Positions 1 to 10,005 of a stretch of DNA of 64,000 bases are shown piece after piece (positions within the stretch are counted from its first letter, which is position 1; each line of letters starts with the position of its first letter). Origin of the DNA: Vermamoeba vermiformis (lineage: Eukaryota); the NCBI GenBank assembly GCA_045837725.1, contig JBEWZL010000093.1, positions 1-64,000 of the forward strand. The letters run 5' to 3'. A model generated the notes under the pieces. It had not been told where the DNA came from and did not search any database. It saw nothing but the letters and a program-made list of their open reading frames with translations. The translations under genes were made by a program, and so were the position numbers.

Positions 1-1903
1 GACACGTACTCTTCGCGGCTTCCAACCAGTCTTTAGCAACTCTCCGTAACTGCGTGCAACTTCGAGCATAACAGAGCTAGACGAGCATTTAATAATTAAT
101 GCTGACCTGTAGAACAATCGAGCACGAGACTTACGTTCCACTGTTGGGATCAACTGCGCCAAATACCCACGCATCTACAACAAAGTTGAGTTATTTTCAC
201 GTGCTTATTGATTCGTATAATCAAATACCTCGATGATTTCCAAGCAACACAACTTGATCTTTGTCTTCTGATTGCGGATCCGCTGGCACTTTACCGAACA
301 CATTCCAGCTAATAAAAACAACATAAATAATACATATGTAGCATATAATGATGACTTACATCGTCGTGACGTTGAAGCGCATGTTCGTAACCAAATTGAC
401 CTTGGCAGGACCGGGGCCTGAAGCACGTGTCAACTAGCTGCTTTAAACAATTACAGTGCGATTACATACCGATATTGTAAGTAATATTCAATGCACCTTG
501 CCAGCCCTCAGGAGCTGCAGTGCCTTGAAGACCTTCCAATAATGGCAAGGCGTCAAGCCAGCTGATTGGTTGAACAGGAATGCTCGGGATCTGAAACAAA
601 AAAGTGTTTAGAACTACGCCGGATTATACTCCAAAATTCAACTTACCATTTGGTTTGTTTTTAATTGACATTCTTTCTCGCGTCTAATCAGAATAATGTA
701 CAATTAAAAAGTGGTTCAATATTCTTTAAGCAGATCTGCCTTTACCTCGGATCTCCAGGACACAAAGACAAAAACTAAGATTGAAATACGTTAGTTCAGC
801 ACCACTATTACCATATTAGGCTTATAAACATACCTGAACTGAACCTCGTTGAACAGCCACAGCGTTTCTCCAAGGACCTTCAGGAAATACAGTGCCTTTG
901 GTGAAACCGTCGTCAGCGGGGTCAGAGTAGATGATCAAACCGATCATTCCATATTCTTGCGCGAATTTAGCCTTAAGACCACGGAAAATCTTGCCGTAAC
1001 GAACGAGACCAATTTTGTTCGTCAGATCGATGCCCATTGCCTTTAAAATTAGAGCGTAAGGACTTGGTCTAGAAATAGGATATTATAGCTTACTTTAGCG
1101 GCTTTAAAGTCTTCTTCAAGACCATAGTTAATATAGACCTATCAGAATGAAGTTAAGAAATTATTCGGTAATTTGCAAAATGTCTCGTACAAGCTCTCCA
1201 GTAACATTGCCGGAAGGTGAGTAACCATTGAAAGGAGGCACTATTCTCGAGTCTTTTGAAGTCCAATCTTCTTTGATATAAGGCTCTTCCATACTCGCAG
1301 TAAAGCTAAATTTGGATCCGCGATAAGAAAATTTTCGTGCACAAGAATTTTCGCAAGAATATCTTACCGCATATTAGGAGGGTCCACTATCGATAATGAT
1401 GATTTGGTATTTGGATAATTTAGTAGTACTTGTTCTTCCTCGATCCAAGCTTCTAATCCGTATTCTTTAAACTTTTGCAACGTGTAATGCGCCGTTTCAA
1501 AATCCTCAGCAGTGCCTAATTATTTTCAGTATTATTTTAGTATAGTGATAAGCGTTATAAAGATTGTGTTGTAGGACGCGTTCGAGTTTTTTTATTGGGG
1601 GGTGGGGTTTTTTTTTTTTTTTTTTTTTTTAAAGGCCCTTTCTCTTTGCATTTTTTAAGGGGCCCATTGACATGTAATTTAATTGTTTTTTTATTAATTT
1701 CGATTATTTTTCGTAATTGCGGTTATATTATATTATAATATCTTACCAGCAATATGTGGCATTGATGTATAATAAGCCAAATGCTCATAAATACGCGATG
1801 GATTGGGAATTTCTAAATATCTATCCGCGATCTCCACACCGGACCCGCTACTGATCCACACCAGAATCACGAGGCCTAAAAGACTTCTTATGCAACCCTT
1901 CAT
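1..1903 (-). CDS. Glutamate carboxypeptidase II / NAALADase-like M28B peptidase with PA domain (multi-exon; 3' end lies beyond the left edge)
   Basis: ATG at 1903 gives a hydrophobic N-terminus (MKGCIRSLLGLVILVW). Exons encode 'YYTSMPHIAG', 'PPFNGYSPSGNVTG', 'IGLVRYGKIFRGLK...IIYSDPADDG...P.GPWR...VQRGSV', 'IPSIPVQPISW' and a 'DAWVFGAVDPNSG' zinc-ligand region, all typical of the PSMA/GCPII family. Confidence 0.9.
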
Positions 1904-1965
1904 ATTACACAAATTATAGTGACACTTGTTGCATCCCGCGTTGCATAAATTATCAAACTATTAAT

Positions 1966-3345
1966 TTATTTTTTGACCAGGGCTAAAGCATCTGCTTCTG
2001 AAATCACGTGAGTGGCGCCAGAGGACTTATCCAACGTGGTACACTCGCTGTATATATCTCCGTTAGCGTATATAGTAATAAGATATCGATATACATACGT
2101 TTTAAAATCTTCTGAAGTTCCCTTCGTCGAGATCAACTTTTTCCATTCCATGTGCGATTCTTCAATAACGCGCATGGCATATTCCTATAATACAATCAAT
2201 ATACACGTATATTAATAAAATGTATCATTACGTACTTTGTTTAAAAGCTTTCCACCGAAGGCAAATTGATTGGCGGGTTTTCCATCGGGGATCTTGTAAT
2301 CGCGAAGAAACTCGAAATACTTGGCGAGTTTACCAGGCAATACTTTCTCAATATCCCCAGCATCTAATACGATTGATAAGCATTTAAAATCAAGTTAAAT
2401 TTACAAGATCTCGTACCGTTCAGTTGATTGGCCAGAGGATCGTTTACATTAATAGCCAAAATCTTGTAATCAGTCTCGCCTAGTCAATTCATATTAACGA
2501 ACTATATTCATAGTATATTACAGCATAGCAATTACCTCCATCAATCATCGCGTAACCACCGAGCACTTTCACTTGCACGACATCGCCAGTATTTAACGTT
2601 GTAGAGCCAATCTCACATAAATCAACGGGGTCATTATCACCTACAAGTATCTTAGTATTAATATACATATGAAGCGGAAGAAGAGAAGGTTCAATAAGCG
2701 AGATCTTGTTTACCTTTAGCTTGAGTATCGGGATAAACTACGTGAGGGTTCTCCCATGTTTGAGGCAATGCACCGTAGTTATAAGGGAAGGGGTATTTAT
2801 CGGCAATAGACCGAACTTTGTTGCCCTAAATTGAAATAGTTCGTAAAGCGTTGGATCCAATCGCACGTGTCTGAAACTTACTTTTCTGTCTTGCCAGATG
2901 GGGTTTAATGCCTCTTCTTTGCATATTTCGAGCTTGGCGTGAGTTCCTTGAGGAATTTCAATAACAGCATTCAATACACCCTTCGCCTTGTCAGCCCAAA
3001 GAGGAACGTCATGCGCGGCTGAGATTGGCTTCGAGCCCTTGACTTGAAAATAATTTTAACTACTATTATATCAACCAAAAAATACGCTCATTATTTTTAT
3101 ATCGCTCTATAACGTTGAGAGAGCGAATTAAAAATAAATATCGAAATTGAAATCACTGGATCTAAATATCTTGTCATATGAATTAAATTGCGGTAATTGC
3201 TGCTAATAAACTTACATAAATATACGCGGTAGTCTAGCGTTCCTACTTTTCCGACGTGTTTTGCCGTAATACCAGATCCAGCGTTTTTCGTCGTGGTAGA
3301 AGAATACTTTCGAATGAATACTTTTGCAACTTGTAATGAAGTCAT
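1966..3345 (-). CDS. ppa: Family I soluble inorganic pyrophosphatase, probably with a mitochondrial presequence
   Basis: Exons encode 'GTLDYRVY', 'ISAAHDVPL', '[26 protein letters not shown]', '[12 protein letters not shown]', '[12 protein letters not shown]', '[18 protein letters not shown]' and '[15 protein letters not shown]'. The N-terminus [16 protein letters not shown] is basic and hydroxylated, like a presequence. Confidence 0.93.
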
Positions 3346-3673
3346 GTTGATGATGTATTCTGAATAATAAGAATAACAAAAAAGGGGCACGTGCCAAGTA
3401 GCCTTTGCATGAAAAAATTTATCAAACTTGGTGTGCCAAGGCTGAACTCAACAATACACCGAAATATAAACTGTAGAACTAATATTTGATCACATTGTAT
3501 TCAGAATATGAATATTGTGCAACAGTGGGAGGGAGATGTCACGTCGTTTCCGGATTTGCGCAACCTATTCTGCAGCTATTCCCAAAACTAAATCAACCAA
3601 AAAATATAAACTATTATAAAATAATTTCTGCCTAATAACTGCACTATTAATAATATCTTTCAATCAAACACGG

Positions 3674-4480
3674 ATGGACAGAATACTAAAAATTATTGCC
3701 AATACACCTACTCCGCGAACAGTATCAACACTACTGCACGATATAAGAGCACTTGGAGTACTCCCTGGCGACACAGTTGTTGTGCACTCGAGTCTCTCTG
3801 CCATTGGATTTGTTGTCGGAGATGAAGTGGCCGTAATTCAAGCTCTGCAACAAGCAGTCACCGAGCAGGGCTCGATAGTCATGCCTGCATATTCATCTGC
3901 CATTAGCGATCCTGCGCTGTGGGAGAACCCTCCTGTGCCTGAAGCATGGTGGGACACTATTCGTAACGAGATGCCGTTGTTCGACCCGAGCTCTACTCCG
4001 CTTTACGGTCTCGGCGTAATACCAGAAGGTTTTGAATTTTTGTTAATGAGAAAAAATATCACTTGGTGCGCGTGGGGAGCACATGCCTCGAAGATCACGC
4101 AACATCATTCCCTGAGCTACTCGTACGGACCTAACACACCCTTGGGCACATTATACAACCACCCTAATACGAAGATTTTACTGCTTGGCGTTGATTTTGC
4201 GAGTTGTAGTGCCTTGCATTTGTCTGAAATTCTATCCGGAGTCGGGGCTGAGCGTCAGTGTGGAGCACCTGGATTGGACGACCAAGGCAAGAAGACCTGG
4301 ATTCAATACACTGACTTGGACTACGGTGGCGATGACTTTGCGCAGATAGGTCTAGATCTAGAAGCACAAACAAGTAGCGTGAGCACGGGTCCGATCGGAT
4401 CAGCAACTTGCAAGCTCGTGGATTTTCGTTCCTGCGTCGATTTTGCGACCGAATGGATCAAAAAGAATGGTAGTAAATAA
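3674..4480 (+). CDS. Aminoglycoside N(3)-acetyltransferase / YokD-like (Antibiotic_NAT family), apparently intronless
   Basis: 268-aa ORF with 'LGVLPGDTVVVHSSLSAIGFVVG', 'GSIVMPAYS', 'DPALWENPPVPEAWWDTIRNEMPLFDP' and 'ILLLGVDFASCSALHLSE', which follow the AAC(3)/YokD consensus. Confidence 0.88.
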   Translation: MDRILKIIANTPTPRTVSTLLHDIRALGVLPGDTVVVHSSLSAIGFVVGDEVAVIQALQQAVTEQGSIVMPAYSSAISDPALWENPPVPEAWWDTIRNEMPLFDPSSTPLYGLGVIPEGFEFLLMRKNITWCAWGAHASKITQHHSLSYSYGPNTPLGTLYNHPNTKILLLGVDFASCSALHLSEILSGVGAERQCGAPGLDDQGKKTWIQYTDLDYGGDDFAQIGLDLEAQTSSVSTGPIGSATCKLVDFRSCVDFATEWIKKNGSK

Positions 4481-4686
4481 CACAATTTATTAGTTTATGA
4501 ATAAACTTCTGCTTTCTATATCCTTTCCAGCCCTGAAAGACTCTATCATCATATGCTCCTTCCGGTGCACACTAGGACAGTTTACCCATAGTTACATTAA
4601 TCAAAATATTGAACACTAGAAGCTTCTAATGAATTCACTGATGCGTAAGTAATCGCGCTGCTTCATTTACATAGGATTTACAACAA

Positions 4687-6438
4687 TTAATTTTTGGCCT
4701 TGTTCTTTTTATCCTCCACCACACCCTCAGGCGTTACTCGGGTTACTTTTTCATCGTTCGGTAGCTGCTTTTGTTGTTCAGCCATATCATCTGCTTGCAA
4801 CTTGACCAGCTGCTTGATCTGCTCGTTCACTACCTCCAGTGTCTCGTTGTGCGCCACGGCCTCGTGCATCGTGATCTTCGGCATGACGTTGTGCTTATGC
4901 ACGTTCAGTAGGACATTCTCGCCAGTCACGCGTCGCATTGCCATCACGTACCACTGTGCTTCTGACTCACCATCGACAACTTGCATGGGTATGAGGAAGC
5001 ACTTTACGGCCTAAGATGGTACGTTAGAAATAGGTTGAAATTTGATCGAAGCGTTATCCAATACCTCTGCTTGACCTTCTAATACTCGCTTGATTGAGGC
5101 AGCGGGATAGCTCATCTTAATTTGTTTGAACAGCTCTTCCAAGTTACGGTAGACCTCGTCGTTGATAGGTATCTCCAACTCAATCAACGATGACTGCGCA
5201 CTATTGGCGGCATCCTCTGGCTTCTTGCTGTCCTTTTCACTCAAAATTACTTCATCGTGAGACTTTCTTCGCACTTTAAGCGCTGTTTCAGATTCGAGAT
5301 GAAGGTCGTTGTCATCGAAATTCAACGAACCGAACTGAACAGGAGAAGGCTTTCGAGCCCCTAAGAACCAGAATTAGAGCCCACTCGGGATGTTTAATCG
5401 TTAACTAGTTACCGTCAATGAAATTTTTGATTCTGTTCTGCAAGTCATGTTCGTTCGAGAGTTGCAAGTGGGGCACGTTACGTGTCGATAACACTAGCTT
5501 ATGTGTCGGCTTATTCTGGACTTGCCCGAAGATATCGAGACCTGCAAGCTGCTGAAGTGCTGCAGGATCTGTAACTCCATTCACTAGTGCTAATTTATTG
5601 AGCGTAACTGGCTGGTGTAACGAGATCTCTATGAAACCGCTTGCATTAACTGCCGCGTTCTAGAGTGATACCATTAATATTATATTATGGCGTTATATAT
5701 TTACGATAGAGTTTAATACCTTATCTAAAATAATTTTCTTCAGGCTGCCCGTATCAACGGATCGAGGTACTTTCATGTTCACTTCCCGACTCGCGGGTAA
5801 GTGCAATTCGAGAGGGCCTTTAAACTCCATGCGCGGGAATACAGGCTTAAGCTCGGATAATACATGCAAATCTGGGTCATTGCTGTAGCGAAGTAAGCAA
5901 AAAAAGGGATCGTAAACTTGCGCCAAGTACGACTTACCTCTCGAGCCACATGTAGTGGGGACGGCCAAAGTCTAACATTGAAAATTCTATTTGCTGTCCT
6001 TTATCGAGCTCTATTTTAACTCGATAGTAGACTCCATTTGCGACCTGTGTAATATTTAGAGAATTCACAATAATGACGTCATCACCGGATCAAGTCTTAC
6101 CTGAGCGTTATCTTTGTCAACATTCAATAGCTCGACCTTTTTATTGGTCTTCTTTAATTGCTCGAACATGACCTAAATTATTCCAGTTTAGTGAAAAGAT
6201 CCAGTAATTTTAAAAATTTTAAAAAAATGGCCGTATGATAATGGAGCTTTACCTGTGCAACCTCGGCAATTTCTGGCTCCCAAATTTCATAAATAAATTT
6301 CATGTCGACTACATCTACTGCACCAAAAGAATTTTGAGTTTCTGCAGATGCCGCGTCCTCCGGCCCAGCTTCCTTAACCTCGCTCGAGGCTAACAATATA
6401 CATGATAATAATATAAATACAACAGTAATGCGCTTCAT
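4687..6438 (-). CDS. Hypothetical multi-exon protein with N-terminal signal peptide
   Basis: ATG 6438 gives MKRITVVFILLSCILLASS. Co-oriented ORF pieces (6178-6543, 5693-5968, 5011-5325, 4687-4986) are separated by GT-AG-bounded AT-rich gaps. No family recognised. Confidence 0.6.
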
Positions 6439-6797
6439 GACGACGTGTGTTGTTTTCAAAACAAATTTGCTCATTTCTGTTCGCTCTCTCCGGAGAAGAA
6501 GTAGCACAAGAAGGACACGTGTTTGGCTATAAGAAAATGGCAATATTTAAAATTTCATCGATCTGTACAAATTAATCTGTTTGGTTTTTGATTTTTTGTA
6601 TTTTTTTGCGAATCTGACTTCACTTCTTCATCATCCCAGGCACGTGGTATTTTGGTGTATGGACTTGGTCCTCTGGCACTCCCTTTAATCGATAGCCATG
6701 TCCTTCAGGTGTACTTCAGGACACGTGCTTTTTTTGACGCATGATACGTTTGAACTTTCCGTTGTGCATAATTTTAAACATAACTCAATTAACCACA

Positions 6798-7340
6798 ATG
6801 AAAGCCGATATTGTTTGCGCCGTTGTCTTGGCCTTTGTTGCCACTCTTGCCTTCGCTGCTGATCCTCAATCAACCCGTTGCGTTTGCAACGACAAGGACA
6901 ACAACAAATTCACAACTACCTATGAAGAAATGGCTCGTGCCTTTAACTTGACTCAAATGGGTTGCTCTATCCTCGATGGTATCAAGTGGTAAGTAATTAG
7001 CGTTTCAGTGTTTCCAATCCTCTGGATGTCAGAAAATGTCTATTTATAAATCAGTAATTAATCGAGCCAATTACTCGTCATTGTATTAATTTATAATCGT
7101 AAAATCGTAGTGGCAATAGTTGTAATTTAAACAAGATATTTTTCGTAACTGCCTCTTTGATCGAATCTGCCGAAATGTTCAACCAGCTAATTTACCTCTC
7201 TTATTAGCGCTGAAGTTATTGCTGAATGTGTCGGTCAATGCCACGCTGTCGAGCCTTGCCTCACTTGCATTGGTTCTTCGTGGGGTCAATGCTGCCCTTG
7301 CATCAACAAGATCCTCCACCAGAGCTGGGCTTGCAACTAA
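6798..7340 (+). CDS. Small secreted cysteine-rich protein (signal peptide, pro-like region, disulfide-rich C-terminal peptide)
   Basis: Exon 1 is 6798-6988, intron 6989-7207 (GTAAGT...TTAG), exon 2 is 7208-7340. Spliced product: MKADIVCAVVLAFVATLAFAADPQSTRCVCNDKDNNKFTTTYEEMARAFNLTQMGCSILDGIKCAEVIAECVGQCHAVEPCLTCIGSSWGQCCPCINKILHQSWACN*. Confidence 0.8.
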
Positions 7341-7583
7341 GCATCTGATGGTACGGTTATTACCTTCTTGTATGCTACACCATATTGTTCATTAGTATCA
7401 CATAAAATACGCTTTGGAAGCTTCTAGTGAGCCTTGCGCGCCTTCTTGTGGATTCAACGCTGTCGTTACTTTCAATAACAAGAACGTTTATTCCTATTAT
7501 AATATCTTTGTACAACTTCAAGCACGCTCTTCAATCAATATAGACAGACGAAGAGACGAAACGGGCAACGAAACAAGCGCAAT

Positions 7584-9654
7584 TTACTTTTGATCCTTCT
7601 CCTTCCAGTTCTTCATCTCCATACCTTCAATCTTGATATTAGTACGTATTTTTACTAAATATGACGTCGCTAAGCAACTACTAACCCTTCGGAGCACTTC
7701 CTTCGACCTTGCCTTTGCCGACCTCATCCCAGTTCGTGGACAAGACGGTGCCGCCTGATTCGATCTTAATGATAACAATTAGTCAAGGTGCACGTGCTAC
7801 ATGATTTAATACGACTAGTAATGTACTTTAGAACAGAGAAAGTGATTTTGTGGATCTGATCGCGATCAGTTACTTACGAAAGATTTCATCATAGCTCTTC
7901 GTTGTTCGTCAGAGCCGTTAGCGTAGATAGATTGGAACACTTTCTGCAAAGCCTCTTCACCCTCGGGCTTCTCATCAGCTTCAGCCTCCTTAATAATGGC
8001 ATCCCAGTTCTTCTTCGGCTTGGGTGGGATCGGATTTGGTGAAGGTACAAGAGGTACGCTAGTTGTAGGCTTGGGCACGGTGGTAGGAGCCGTTGTTGTC
8101 GTTGTGCTAGTGTTGCTAGTGGGCGTGTTCATGGCGTTAATGGGCTTGGTCATCACTGTTGTCGCGGGACCCTTGGGCAACACAACGCTGTCCCACGGTG
8201 TAATGTTGGTGATGCCTATAAGACCATCACTTGTAAGTAACAGGCATTATGTATGCTCAAATACAATATTTCGAATGGTATTAACAAGATTGCGTTTGGC
8301 AACAGTTGGTTGAAACTGCAGGTCCGCATCCAGATTGAGCACGTACCTTCTACGCGTTCAAGATTGGCCCATCGGCAAGACTTGTCCTTCTTCAATGTGA
8401 TGTCGAGACGAGCGGGCAAGAACTTGACGCTGCTCTGTTCTGGAATGATAGTGCCGCAAAGGTCCAGATCTAATTGGTATTCAGTGCCTTCGGGCAACTT
8501 AATGGTAACTAGCAGCTATACGTACAATAGTTAGCACGGTCATATATTCAATATTTAGTCCTTAGTTAAGCAAGAAAGAAATATTTGAAAGTGTTTTGGA
8601 TCGTGTCAAGTACGTACTGAATCAGGCTTCATATCAATAGTGGTGTCTTCTTGTTTTAAATTCTTAGCGAGAATGCCGACGCTGACATTGTGTTCAGTTT
8701 GGAACCACTCGTGGCTGCCACAGATCCGTTAGCATGTCACGTATAGATCGCGTTCAGGCTCAAAAGTACGTACCGAATTCTAGGTTCAGGTTTATAATCA
8801 GCGACTGTTCGTTTAACAGGTGCCGCGGGGACAGCAGTGTTAGTGTTTTGAGGTGGTGCAGTAGTAGTCGGAGCGGATGGAGCGGATGGAGCAACACTGG
8901 AAGTGGCAGGTTTGGAAGGTTGAGCATCGCCGCCAGCTAATATCAAATAGGTAATTAAGCTACTATAATAACGCAAATATATTAAGAGGGAGATTTGGCT
9001 TAATTAGTTATTTATTGGTAGCAAATTACAAAGACATCTGAAGGTTTTTTTTTTTAATTTTGTTGCGAAGAAAGTTCTCTCTCCCTCTCTAATTAATTAA
9101 AATAATTTAATAATAGAACAATAGAAATTTAACGGTTTTTCATGAAGCAGATCGAATCTAACTTACCCTCTTCAAGTTCAGCGTCGCATTTTCGGCTCCA
9201 AGTCTTCAAGGTGCTATTGGTAGGTTCATATTCAAGACCCTTTTCGAACGAGGCCTTTGCGCTTTCAAATTCTTCTAAAGCAAAAGCGGCCATGCTAAAT
9301 TAATTTCATTAAATTAGAAAATATTTCTTATTTAATTCTTTATAATTAGAGAGGCTTACCCTTTTCGCAAATAAGCTTGTGGTAATTTAGGATTTAATTT
9401 AATAGCATTATTAGCGTCCGAAATGGCGTCTAAAACCAAAAGTCAATACGGGACAAGATCAAATCCAAATCCTGCTTACCTGTGAAATTCTTCAATTTAT
9501 AATGGCAAGCAGACCGCTTAATATAAAATTCGGCATTATCGCCTTCTAATTGAATAGCAGAATTATAGTGCTCCAAGGCAGTTGAAAAGTCTTCATCAAC
9601 GAATGCAGCGTTGGCCTTGTTGAAGATACTCTCGGCAGTCTCGAATTTGGACAT
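7584..9654 (-). CDS. SGT1: SGT1 HSP90 co-chaperone (TPR, CS and SGS domains)
   Basis: N-terminal TPR ('[22 protein letters not shown]...YIKRSACH'), CS domain ('RHEWFQT', '[17 protein letters not shown]...LDITLKK...WANLE') and SGS domain ('KKNWDAII...[43 protein letters not shown]...GMEMKNW'). Confidence 0.96.
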
Positions 9655-10005
9655 TACTGACTTGTTAGTGAAGGGAGTTGTGGACAGGTATTCAACACAA
9701 ACAGAACAAATCAACAACTAACGCAGAAAAATGACGTCATCACGCCGAACGAAATCTACAAACAGATCCTGGGACGCGAGATTAACGGCCCTTAAAGCCT
9801 TGAACTGAAAAGCTCAATATTTTTTGTTGAGTTGACAGCCAAATTTCTTCCTTTTGAAGCTAAAAGCTTCGCTGGTAAAGTACCTCAGCCGTATCCGCTA
9901 CCGGAGTCCCACATCCACCCACAGGCAGCGCTCCAAAACATGCAACCGATTCACGTTTTGAAATTCTCACAGGGCTATGGATCCACAGCGCAGTTCTTAC
10001 TATAA

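Noticed and set aside
1585-1670. Long poly-T and poly-G runs
   Set aside because: They lie within the first intron of the peptidase gene and look like low-complexity or low-quality sequence, not a terminator or element.
6072-9743. Identical 14-mer AATGACGTCATCAC at about 6072 and 9730, plus several CACGTG hexamers near gene starts
   Set aside because: Could be CRE- or E-box-like sites, but one copy is inside a gene and short palindromes are frequent here; there is no support without enrichment statistics.
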